In this document: positions 13,859 to 25,409 of the stretch, piece by piece
Layout of the letters: the number at the start of each line of letters is the position of its first letter
Numbering within the stretch: position 1 is the stretch's first letter
Assembly: GCF_030028105.1 (NCBI RefSeq)
Contig: NC_092387.1
Coordinates: 8,399,305 to 8,463,304 of the forward strand
Direction: 5' to 3'
From: Mobula birostris
Taxonomy: Eukaryota
DNA length: 64,000 nt
Program-made: the position numbers and the translations under genes
Notes under the pieces: generated by a model
What the model was told of the DNA's origin: nothing
Database searches by the model: none
What the model saw: only the letters and a program-made list of their open reading frames with translations

Positions 13859-14053
13859 GAGGCCATAGACAGTATGAAGCCACTGGAAATCATCGACAAG
13901 GAGGAGCTGCAGCGACTCAGTGGCCTGCTGCGCCGGGAGAACCTTCTCCGGGCTCTGGGTGTCATCGAGCAAGTTTACCGGGTTCTGCGGAACCCTTCAG
14001 GTGTTAGTGGAACCGTTCAGACTGCCCCTTCAGATGGTACTAACCAGAATAAC
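13859..14053 (+). CDS. TTLL13: TTLL13-like internal exon
   Basis: ttttacag|GAG...AAC|gtgagt, phase 0-0; encodes DSMKPLEIIDKEELQRLSGLLRRENLLRALGVIEQV, the conserved C-terminal helix of TTLL13-type proteins. Confidence 0.85.
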
Positions 14054-14175
14054 GTGAGTTGCACTGTGTGAAAGAGTTAGCGGCTAACCTTTCAACTTGC
14101 TGACCTTGTGGTGCCACGAGTTTTGGGAATGAGGGTCTGCGTGTGACTGCATTATTTCACACTTTATTTATGTTA

Positions 14176-14805
14176 ACTTGCAGGTTGAGTCGGTGGTTAG
14201 CATTCATTTTGAGAGGGGTGGAATGCTAAGCTGAGCACTGGTGAGGCCCCACTTGGAGTATTGTGAGCAGTTTTGGGCCCCTATCTAAGTACGGTTGTTC
14301 TGGCGTTGGAGAGAGTTAAGAGGAGGTTCACGAGAATGATTCCAGGAATCATTCTGAATTAACATTTACGTATGAGGAGCATTTGATGGCTCAGGGCCTG
14401 TACTCGCTGGAGTTTAAAAAAATGAGGGGGAACTCATTGGAACTTATTCAATATTGAAAGGCCTTGATAGAGTTGACGTGGAAAAGATGATTCGTATAGC
14501 GGGGGAGTCTAGCATCAGGGGACACACCCTTAGTAAAAAAAGAATGTCCCTTTAGAACAAGGATGAGGAGGAATTTCTTTAGCCAGTGGTGAATCTGTGG
14601 AATTCATTGCCATAGACAGCTGTGGGGGCCCAAGTCACTGAGTATATTTAAAGTGGAGGTTGATAGGTTGATTAGTAAGGTTAGGGGAGAAAGGAAGGAG
14701 AATGGGTTTGAGAGGTATAATAAATCAGCCATGATGGAACAGTGGAGCAGGCTCGATGGGTTGAATGGCCTAATTCTGTTCCTAGGTCTTATGGTCTTAT
14801 GGTGA
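14176..14805 (+). mobile_element. CR1 LINE 3' fragment
   Basis: gtgaggccccacttggagtattgtgagcagttttggg... ending in the tcttatggtcttatgg tail. Confidence 0.8.
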
Positions 14806-15489
14806 TAGTACCCACCAGTGGTGCAAAGATGGAAAATAGATTTATTTGACGTTAGTTGTGTTACTGCAGGTAAAGCTAATTCTAGTTCCCTGCCTCCACA
14901 CTAAGTGTCATGGTGTGACTGCAGACCAGGTTTTAACTGGTTCTTAAGGATGCTGACAAGATTCATACCATGCTCAATCCTAGTCCCTTTTGAAGATGAT
15001 TGAGGACATTTCCCACTTTCTGCTATCTAGTGTTCCAGGCTCCAGCCTCAGTTAAAATGAGCACCCATACCCTGAGCCTGTCACTGCTAAAATCGATTCT
15101 GCCCGTTGATAGAGAAAAAGCAAGCAAAGGGGAATTTCTCTTTTCTTTCACGGTGCAAAACTCTTCATACTTCTTTTCAGGAACATCCTAATATAATGCT
15201 CCAAGGGGATCATAATCTTGTCGCTAGGTTTGGAGGCTTGTGTGCCTCCATGATCTGGAGAGCTACATTGGCTAGAGTCAGGGCCAACCAAAGTACCAGA
15301 CCATGACACAATTAGTCAGGATGCTTTCAACAGTACATCTGTAGAAGTTTGAGTATTTGGTGACAAAGGAAGTAATTTGTAAATAGCACCTTGGATAATT
15401 ACAGGTAGCTGTATCCATCCGGTATGGAGGGCCCACTACACAGGATTGGAAAAAGCTGCAGAAAGTTGTAAACTCAGCCAGCTCCATCA

Positions 15490-16080
15490 TGAGTGCAAGG
15501 ATGTAATGTTGAAGGCACTGGTGAGGCCTCACTTGGAGTACTGTGAACAGTTTTGGGCCTCTTATCTAAGAAACGACGTGCTGATGTTGGAGAGAGTTCA
15601 AAGGATGTTAACAAAATGTTTCCGATTGATAGGCTTCTCAAATGAGGAGCATTGGATGGCTCTGGGCCTGTACTCACCGGACTTCAGGAGAATCTCATTG
15701 AAACCTATTGAATATTGTAAGGCCTTGACAGAGTGGATGTGGAGAGGATGTTTTCTACGGTGGGAGAGTCTAGGACCAGAGGACACAGCCTCAGAATAGA
15801 GGGACATCCTTGCAGAATGTTGTTGAGGAAGAATTTCTTTATCCAAAGTGGTGAATCTGTAGAATTTGTTGCCACAGGTGGCTGTGAGGGCCAAGTCATT
15901 ACATATACTTAAGGCAGAGCTTGATAGGTTCTTGATTAGTCAGGTCATGAAGAGATACAGAGAGGATGTAGGAGATTGGGGTTGAGAGGGAAAATCAATT
16001 AGCCATGATGAAATGGCAGAGCACGCTCAATGGGCCAAATGGCTTAATTCAGCTCCTATATTTTATGGTCTTCTGGTCTT
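15490..16080 (+). mobile_element. CR1 LINE 3' fragment nested in a Rex1-like fragment
   Basis: ORF 15446..15799 ALVRPHLEYCEQFWASYLRND; Rex1-like sequence on both sides (about 15400-15490 and 16080-16440). Confidence 0.75.
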
Positions 16081-16516
16081 CTCATTGCTACCATTAAGGA
16101 GGTACTACAGTTTGAAGACACACACTCAATGTTTCAAGAACAACTTCTTCCCCTCCACCGTCAGATTTCAGAATGGACAATGAATCCATGTATATTACCT
16201 CAGTATTTTTTCCTCTTTTTGCACTACTGATTTAATTTAATGATATATATAAAAATTAAATTCTATTAAATCAGTAGTGCAAAAAGAGAGGAAAAAGTAC
16301 TGAGGGAGTGTTCATTGTCCATTCAGTAATATATAATATACTCATTGTAATTTATCATTATTACTATGTATTGCAGTGTACTGCTGCCGCAAAACATCTA
16401 ATTTCATGACATAAGCCAGTGATATTAAACCTGATTCTGATTCTAGCTTTGGTTTGTCTGCAGAGTTAGTTTGTTTATTGATTTTGCTCATTCTACATGT
16501 TTCTTTAATTTTTCAG

Positions 16517-16901
16517 TCTTTAATTTGCCCGAGCACACTTCGATCCAACCAGATGATGGAAGAGCTGGAGTACGTCGGCTCCTGTGCCTTGACAGGAAGG
16601 AACAGCACAACAGAGCTGGGAGTTCCCAATCCCACGACAGTTAACTGGCCGTCACCGCTGTCTCCCCAAGGCCAGGCTCCTGGGAGCAACAACCGGAAAG
16701 GGACCCCGAATCCTGGAAATGGATTCCCGTTCCACCGCTTCCAGAATCGCTTTCCCGTCCGTAGGGGTCTGACGTGGGTGGGTGGAAATCAGTTACCAGT
16801 GTCACTTGAAGCCATTGCAGTGAGGACTGCTAGCTCCTCGGAGTTACGGCTCAATGCAGTTTCAGCCTATCCCCGTTCAGTGAGTGCCAAGCTAGTACCT
16901 G
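16517..16901 (+). CDS. TTLL13: Putative TTLL13-like C-terminal exon
   Basis: ttttcag acceptor in frame with ORF 16454..16936; CCTG|gtgaga donor (phase 1) fits the next exon; non-repetitive, GC-richer, Ser/Pro-rich. No recognisable homology. Confidence 0.6.
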
Positions 16902-18362
16902 GTGAGAAAGTGATGCCTTTGTCTGTTTTCATATGAGATTGTTGCATAGACTGATAGAAAATTTATGACTCAGTCCATTCAGCCCATCATCTCCACACTG
17001 GTTGGAAAAGAGCTCCCAGTCTGATCTCAACTCCATGCTTGGTCTGTGGCACTGAAAGTCATAGGTTTTTGAATAGGTTATGGGCTCGAGAATAAATCAG
17101 CCATGATGGAATGGCACACAGACCTAATGGGACCATCGTTCCTATGTCTTATGGTTTTAAGTTCACAATTTCTGCCACCTTCCTGTTTTAATATTTCAAA
17201 AGGATAATATTTTCTTTGTGACTCTGTCTTCTTCTGCGATTTTCCTTCTCACAGCACTTCCCAGAATATGCAACATCCAACCTTTCACCTCTTCCATTTC
17301 CACTGTTCTCAACCCAAACTTCACTATGATGCACTTTGCCTCAGTTATCTGAGACCACTAACCATTCCCTGACCATACTGATCTTAGCTGGAGTGACAAA
17401 AAGCACTAAGACCCTTATTCCTGATGCTTCGTTAGTGACACTGCATTGAAAAACATGTACACACCTAAGGTGCGATGCCAGCTATAGTCAAATAGCCTGC
17501 GACTGTCTTTACACCAGGTACATGGGGAGGATGTGTGAGCTACGTGCTGGATATTTGGTACTTCAAAGAGCATGGAAAACTGAGAAATGTTCTAGGTCTG
17601 ACAATTAACCAATGGTACAGGACACTGATCCAGATAGTGGTCTCTGTGCAGATTCAGTGTGGAACTGGAAAGTAGTTTCTTTAAGGTTGTTCATGTCATT
17701 GACTCTTTCTAGTTGGGTGAAACGAGTGCAACTGAAAAGTTTATCCTTGGTGACGTACACGGAACATTAAATACAATAAAACTCCAATAATCTGTTATCC
17801 AACTGTTCAGAAATCCAGATGGTTCGGCACTGAAATCACCAGGCAGGATTTCTGCGCTCCCTTTAAACCTACCCTGGGTGGTGGGGTGGAGATGCGTCTC
17901 TGCCAAAGGAGGTTCTCCTTCCCTCCTCTAGCCTACAAGTCACCCTTGTGCAACATGTAGCAATTACCTAGCACCCTCTGCCCCCAAAGCAGGGTCACGT
18001 GAAGCCACGGGGGCAGGTGGTGGATGGTTGTATGAGTAGCTAGTGCAGATCATAAGTGCTGGTTATGTGACCACTGACGCCAGGCAGACAATCCCTGAAG
18101 AGTATTGATAATGTCTGGGGTCACCCATCTTGCAAAGACACTGCCCAGATGAAGGCAATGGCAAACCACTTCTGTAGAAAAATGAGAACATGATTGCCTA
18201 TGTCATACAATATAATGATGATGATTTGAACTTACTGGTTTCACTGGCAAATTTATTATACTACTACAATGCATTTTTAAAAAAAATTCATTTTATTTAA
18301 ATAGTGCATTCAAAATGTGTAGGAGTATTAATTGGAATAGCATTGATTAGTGCAAAAATCCA

Positions 18363-18612
18363 AAGCATCACATGCAAAATGCTGGAGGAACTCAGCAGCT
18401 CAGGCAGCATCCATGGAAATGAATAAACAGTTGACGTTTCAGGCTGAGACCCTTCTTCAGGACTAGATGAAGGGCAGGCCAGTCCCAGTGAAGGATCTCG
18501 GCCTGAAACGTCAACTGTTTATTAATTTTCATAGATGCTACCAGACCTGCTGAGTTCCTCCAGCATTTTGTGTGTGTGTTGCTCTGGATTTCCAGTGTCT
18601 CCAGAATCTCGT
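18363..18612. mobile_element. Palindromic Penelope-derived mini-element
   Basis: Inverted pLTR halves (aaatgctggaggaactcagc / gctgagttcctccagcatttt) with degenerate hammerhead motifs; imperfect flanking direct repeat gtgcaaaaatcca / gtgcagaaaccca. Confidence 0.7.
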
Positions 18613-19784
18613 GTGCAGAAACCCAGCCTGTTCGGCACCATTGAAGTCCTGAGGGTGCCAGATTTCATTGTGTACCAACAGCTGTATTTGGCAAAGGCAC
18701 TGAGCTTTGGAAGTGGAGTACATTGCTCAAGTAATTTTCTCATCCCCCACCACCACTGTTCTCCCACCCTCCAACTTTTCTACCATTTCTATGAAGGTTT
18801 CTATCTTGTTGGGTGCAATGGCATCTGATATTTTATGAGTATTAATTTATTTCAACCAATTTCCAAGCAGGAATGAGATTAATATGGTTTGCATCCAGGC
18901 CACAATTTTATTGTAGATTAACCTGGGTTCAGTTGCACCACTGTCTGTAAGGAGTATGTATGTTCACCACGTGACCACTTGGGTTTCCCCTGGATGCTCC
19001 GGTGTCAGTGTTCAAAGTAAATCTATTATCAAAGTATATACATCCCCGTACACAATCCTGAGATTCACTTTCTTGTGGGCATGCTCAGTGAATCCAAGAA
19101 CCACAACAGAATCAAGGAAGACCACACCCAATGGGACGGACAAACAACCAGAGTGCAAAAGAAAACAAACTGTGCAAATACAAAAAAAAATTAAAAATAA
19201 ATAAACTATAAATATTGAGAACGTGTTTCCTCCCACATTCCAAAGATGAATGTATTGGTAGGTTAATTGGTCACATGGTGTAATTGGGCAACACAGTCTC
19301 ATTGGGCTAGAAATACCTGTTACCATGCTGTCTGTAAATCTAAATTCTTGTATTTACAAATCCAAGTACTACTTGTCTTATTTATTTATTCACTTGGTTG
19401 TTTTATTGAGCTACAGCATGAAATAGATCATTCCAGCCCTTCGAGCCACACCCCCACCTACCCCAGCAACTCCGATTTAACCCTATTCTAATCATGGGAC
19501 AACTTACAATGACGAATTAACCTACTAATCCGTATGTCTTTGGACTTTGTGAGGAAAACTTGAGCACCCGGAGAAAACCCACACTTGTCATGGGGAGGGC
19601 GTACAGACTCCTTACAGATGATGTTGGAATTGACCTCTGAACTCCGATGCCCCAAGCAATACCTTTCAACTGAAGAGCAATCAATTTCCTGCAAACTGCA
19701 GGACCAAAACAGAGGCAGAAGGAGGGATGAGGTGTGGATAGAGGTGAAAGAGGATTCCACTGATTACAATATGCTTTTGTACAG

Positions 19785-20043
19785 AAAACTCCCTTTTGCA
19801 ATCAAAAGCCTTGCGAGGGAGCGCCATGTTATTGGACTCAGGAAGCAGCCACAGTAGTGCGGTGAATGCAATGCCAGTGAACGGCATGGGCAGGGGTACC
19901 GGTGTGTGCCATATGAAGATGAATGCAGCCAGTCCTTCTAGCCCAGAGCTGACGGTGGTCTCAGCCCAAGCTCCCATGAACCAGCGAGCTCACCTGACAA
20001 GAAGGGCAAATCTCCTGAGCTTGTTCCAGTCTGATAGCAGAAG
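19785..20043 (+). CDS. TTLL13: Putative TTLL13-like C-terminal exon
   Basis: ttttgtacag| phase-1 acceptor joins ORF 19796..20047 in frame; AG|gtaaat donor at 20043, with a TAA at 20045-20047 if unspliced. Confidence 0.55.
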
Positions 20044-22399
20044 GTAAATCTAAATGGTTTCAGATCCAGATTCATTTATCAAATGTATATGGAAACATAC
20101 AGTAAAATGTTGTCAACAACCAACATAAACAAGGGTGTGCTGGAAGCAGCCCACAGGTGTCCCCATGCATTCTGGTGCCAACATAGCCTGCCCACAGTGT
20201 TTCACAGAACAACATACAACAACAAGCAGCCCCTTTTCACCCCACCCACCCACCCACTGAACCCCAGCCCTGGCCACCCCCGGGCCTCCAAAGTGCAGCA
20301 AGGTGCAGAGTGGTACTTGGTATAGACTGCCTTGCAGCTCTTTGATAGCTATGTTGGTTTATGTTTCTGTTGTTTAGAAACATAGAAAACCTACAGCACA
20401 ATACAGGCTTTTTGGCCCACGATGCTGTGCCGAACATGTATGGAGGTGAATCTTGGCTCTGTGTGGAAAAGCAAACATGGAACAATGACCACAACATTCA
20501 GTTAATTCCAAGTTAGGTATATATGTGTATTCTCATAATGGTATTTAAAGTGATAGAGAATATTAATAGAAAGATGGGGAAGGTATTGTCTAAGGTTAAA
20601 GCTGAAACAGTCATCTCCCCCACATATTGACAAATAGAAATTAATCAGAAATATTGCTTAAGTAAAGGTACAAAACAACAAAAATAAGCACCTGCATTTT
20701 GTGTGCTTCAGGTTTCCAGCATCTACAGAATCTCTTGTGTTTATTAGAAGCAAGGGTGCTGCTTTTTCTCCCCCTGGTAACGAGAACCATAACCAGGGTC
20801 ATAGTCTTAAAGCAAAGGCATGGCTTTTCAGGGTTGAAATGAGAAGAAATGTCTTTACCCAGAGTGTGGTGAATGTTTGGAATTCTCTATTCAAGGGCCT
20901 CAGTAACTTAAAGGAAGACTTTATAGATTTTTTTGATATTTGAGGAATCCAGGGATATAGAGTAGAAAAGGTGAAAGATGAGCCGTGATGTTTTGAATGG
21001 TGAAGCTGGGATAAGGGACTGAAGAAACTACATTTTTTAATTTCTCTCTTCTAAACTAGAAAAAAAACGTGAAATAATGGATCAGCTGGAGGTTTTACAG
21101 AGTAGATCATCAACAATTGTACTTGAAAATGAGTCTGACAAAGAGTAGGGGACCATCAAAACCCAGGGGAGACAGTAGAGGCTGATACATTAGGGATATT
21201 TAAGGAACTCTTAGAAAGTCACATGGATGATAGAAAGATGAACAGTTGTGAAGGAAGAATTAGGTTGATAGTAGGTTAAAAGGTTGGCAGAACATTGTGA
21301 GCCAAAGTGTCTGTACTGTGCTGTAATTCTATGCCCTGTGTACTTTAGGGCATTGGTTGGTGGGTCACTGACAGATGGGTAAGGAGAGGTAATGAAGGAT
21401 CTTTATTTCAGGAAAGAAATGTCACAGATCCAAAAGCTGGTAGAATTAAATCGCCTTGTTTACTGTAACTATTGTTAAAAAGTAAATACGTTGGATTATA
21501 TTAGCAACCAGAGTTCCACACCATTGATCTGGAGACTTGAGACCCCTTGTTGCAATCCCATAGAACCCTGACGATATTACTGCTGAAATATTCTTTTTAG
21601 AGGTTTCTGCTCCCAATCCAAGGAATGATTATATTATACACACACCCACAAAATGCTGGAGGAACTCAGCAAGTAGAGGTTAGCATTCTAGTGTAGTAGT
21701 TACTATAATGCTTTACAGCACCACCTATTCTGGTTCAATTCCCACATTTTGTACACTCTCTCTGTAACAGCCTCCGGGTGTTCCCATTTCCTCCCACATT
21801 CTAAATATGTACGGGTTAAGGTTAGTAAGATGTGAGCACGCTATGTTACCTGCCAGTTGCCCCCAGTACATCCTTGGATTCTGTTGGTTCATGATTCAAA
21901 AGAATGCATTTCACTCTACGTTTCAATGTACATGTGACAAATAAAACTAATAATTAAAATTACCTGCAAGAAAATTCTTTAATCAGGTAGCTCTATGAAA
22001 GGAAATAAGTAGATGGCATTTTAGGCTGAGACCCCAGTGCTGCTCAAGGTTTCCAGCATCTGCAGAGCCTCCTGTGCCACGAAGGATGTAGCTGGGATAG
22101 AGGGAGGACAGCAGAGGTTCTCTGATTCCTGGATGGCAGATTGGTCGTATAAAGAGAGATGAAGCTTGTACCCTCTCGAGGTGGCTACACCATTCGTGAA
22201 GGTGATGCGGAGTTGATATTTCCTCTGGGTGTGACGTACAGAATCAGAGGTTTCTGTCTCAAAATAAGGAGTCAGCCATCCAGCAGAGGACAGTGAATCT
22301 TTGGAATACATTCAGAGTACATTTAACTTTGAGATGTGTAGATTTTAGATATTAAAGGAATCAATGAGACTCGGGGCCAGTGCTGTGAGAGGCAAGAGT

Positions 22400-22750
22400 T
22401 GATCTCCCCTGGTACTCCTGTCCTTCCCTTTCTCTCATGGTTCACTCTCCTCTCCTATTAGGTTCCTTCTTCTCCAGTCCTTTGCCTTTTCCACTTACCA
22501 TCTCCCAGCTTCTTACTTCATTCTCCCTCTCCCACCCACCTGGATTCACCCATCACCTTCCAGCTTGTCCTCCTTCCCTTGCCCATTTTAGCATCTATCC
22601 CCCTTCCATTCCTGTCCTGACAAAGGGTCTCAGCTCAAAACGTGGACTATTTATTCATTTCCATAGATGTTGCCTGACCTGTTGAGTTCCTCCAGCATTC
22701 TGTATCTGCTGCTCTAGATTTGCAGCATCTGCAGGATCTCTTGTGTTTCT
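22400..22750 (+). mobile_element. Penelope-like 3' repeat fragment
   Basis: Pyrimidine-rich pLTR, degenerate hammerhead at 22614-22650 and tail gcatctgcaggatctcttgtgt; homologous to 54130-54539. Confidence 0.7.
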
Positions 22751-22851
22751 GAGGTAAGAGATCAGCCATTGTTCTGTCTGACACCAGAGTAAATATGAGG
22801 TACAATGTGGCCTACTTCTGTTCTCATTTCTTCTGCTGTTGTGAACTTTAG

Positions 22852-22930
22852 CTGTGAGTCGATCCGAACATCTCTGACCACCAGCCCCAGTTGTGTTCAC
22901 ACACCACTGAGATCAACTGCTCAGTCGTGA
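22852..22930 (+). CDS. Putative last coding exon of the TTLL13-like gene
   Basis: Polypyrimidine tract then ttag|C; phase 2 from 20043 gives (S)CESIRTSLTTSPSCVHTPLRSTAQS-TGA. Inferred from splice-phase compatibility only. Confidence 0.4.
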
Positions 22931-23394
22931 CTCTGGCAGTGAGCAACTCTTCCAACCTGCACAGCCCACAGGTTTGCTGATCACCAGCGACTCTGAATCT
23001 AGCCCAAAGAGTTTGAGGTATATTAGTCTCCTTACTGGCCTAGAAAACCCAGGGCAAAAAGTGCTGATGAAGGGGCTTGGATTGACAGTTCATTCCTCTC
23101 CATAGATGCTGCCTGACTTACTGAGTTCCTCCAGCATGTTGTGTGTGTTGGTGGGTTTGGGTCTGTTTGGTCACTTGTAGCATCTTATAGGGATCAGCAA
23201 TTTCACTTTCATGCATGTTTTCTTCTTGTTTGTGTAAGAATCTATGACGAACAAGGTGCGGTTTTTCAATCCTCCAAGTCTATTCTAATCTTCAACATAC
23301 AGATTGGTTTCACAGACTTCAGTAGCCTCACATATCACACTTGCAGATAAAAAATGAGGTTTCTGAATGATTAAAGTCCCCATAAGGTATAGGA

Positions 23395-23615
23395 GGTGTG
23401 GGCACATGGCCAAGTGGTTAAGGCATTGGACTAGCGACCTGAAGGTCGTAAGTTCGAGCCCCAGCCGAGGCAGCGTGTTGTGTCCTTGAGCAAGGCACTT
23501 AATCACACATTGCTCTGTGACGACACTGGTGCCAAGCTGTATGGGTCCTAATGCCCTTCCCTTGGACAACATCGGTGTCGTGGAGAGGGGAGACTTGCCA
23601 GGCGCAGATCCATGG
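23395..23615 (+). mobile_element. tRNA-derived SINE with CORE-like domain
   Basis: A/B-box head (tggccaagtggttaagg ... gttcgagccc) followed by tgtgtccttgagcaaggcacttaa. Confidence 0.65.
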
Positions 23616-25409
23616 TCTCGCAAGATATAGGAGCAGAATTAGGCCTTTTGACCCATTGGGTCTGCTCCTCCATTCCATCATGGCTGATTTATTAAAGCCT
23701 CATCCTTGCTTTTATATTCTAGTTCTCTTTACGGGACAATTCAGCTGATACAGTGAGTGGTGTTGGAGCTTTGGAAGAATGCTAGAGTTTCCAAGTCAGC
23801 CTCAGCTGTGGCTGTGGAGAAGCTTAGGGCAAACCACAGCCAGTTCCACAGGACTGGACTACTCTTAGAATGTGGCAACTCAATAAGTTGAGTTGTACCC
23901 GGGACATTTGAAACTACACACCAGGTGACTAAGCAATGAGAAAATCATCTGCAGTTTCTAAACTAACCAATCAACAGAAGTGAATAATGACGATCAGAAT
24001 AACCCACCCCCCACCTACTTTTTCATCTCATAAGGGATTACATGGTTTCTGGGTGAGACACTGAGCGAGCGCCCAGTGTTCTGCACTGTTGATCCAAAGA
24101 TAGGGGTTCAAATGCCTTGGTGGGAGCTCAGTAACTAAACCAAGTGATTGAAAAAGTTCCAGTTTTGAAAAAAAACTGGGTTGCTGCCTGCTTTGCAGAG
24201 TTCCTCCAGCATATTGTGTGTGTTGTAAATAATATGTTCAGGGGGTTTTAGATTACCGATGAGAAATTAACTCCTTTTTTATTTGTAAAACAATATGGAT
24301 GCGTCATCATAGTGGTTGTTAATGCCCAGGTAATCCTGAGATCAGTTAGTAATGGAAGTCCTGTGTTCAATTCCACTGCATCTGGCCAATTCAAGTCCAA
24401 GTAAATGTGGAAGAGAAGTCAGAGTAAATTTATTATCAAAGTATGTACATATCACCATGGACTATCCCACGATTCATTTCCTTGCAGGCATTTACAGGAA
24501 AATGAAGAAATAGAATTTATTTAAATAACAAAGACTGACAAACAAGCAGTGTGCAAAAGAATAAAATTTAAGCAAATGATAAAAAAGTAAATAAATAATA
24601 CAGAGCCTGAGTCGTAGAGTCCTTGAGAGTGAAATCTAACATGGTGGAAATTATTTTAAGTTTTTCTGCAAAGCTTTACTTTGCCAATGCTCTGCTGGAA
24701 GTACAGTGGCAAGTTCCCCAGACACCAAACCCAGCCCTGACTGTTGGCAGGTTTTTGTCCAATCTGTCTCACTAATATTCTTCAGGGAAAGAAATCTGCT
24801 CTCTTTACCAATAATCTACTGGAGGAATCCAGTGGCCAAAGCAACATCTGTGGAGGGAAAGGAATTTTTGATGTTTCAGATTAAGATTCTGCCTCAGGAC
24901 TTGACCTCCACATATTAACGATTCTTCCTCCCATCTGCCACAGATATTTACTCAAGCCGCTAATTGTTGCTTCAGGTTCCAGCATCTGCTATCTCTCATG
25001 TCCCCTGCTGTCTTTACCTGGTCTGATCTGCACTTGACTTCAGATCCACACCACATCCTGCTTTAATTTTAATTATCTCAGCTTGTTCTGCAATAGTACC
25101 AAAATGGCCAAATGACATCTACATTCTGTAACTGAATACATTAAACAGAGTGAAAGGTGTTTCTTCTATAGTTTCTCTGTACTGCCATCAGCTTTTTGGG
25201 AAACATTTCAGTGGAGACCTCTTCTATCTAGGCAGTGACTGTGCAACTACAGGGTTAGCAAAGGTGTTTCCAAAGTCGCTAACAGTCAGGGCTGGGTTTG
25301 GTGTCCAGGGAACTTGCTCTAGTTGGTTCGTACTTCCAGCAGAGCAGTGGCAAAGTAAAGCTTTGCAGAGAAACCTAGTCAAAGTAAATATATTATCAAA
25401 GTACATATA

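Noticed and set aside
19585-19857. Alternative TTLL13 exon using the ctgcag acceptor at 19701
   Set aside because: Weak polypyrimidine tract, adjacent to a SINE, and it stops within ten codons in the phase set by the 16901 donor.
23395-23470. tRNA gene
   Set aside because: The tRNA-like head runs into a SINE body with no acceptor-stem closure or terminator; the same applies at about 62680.
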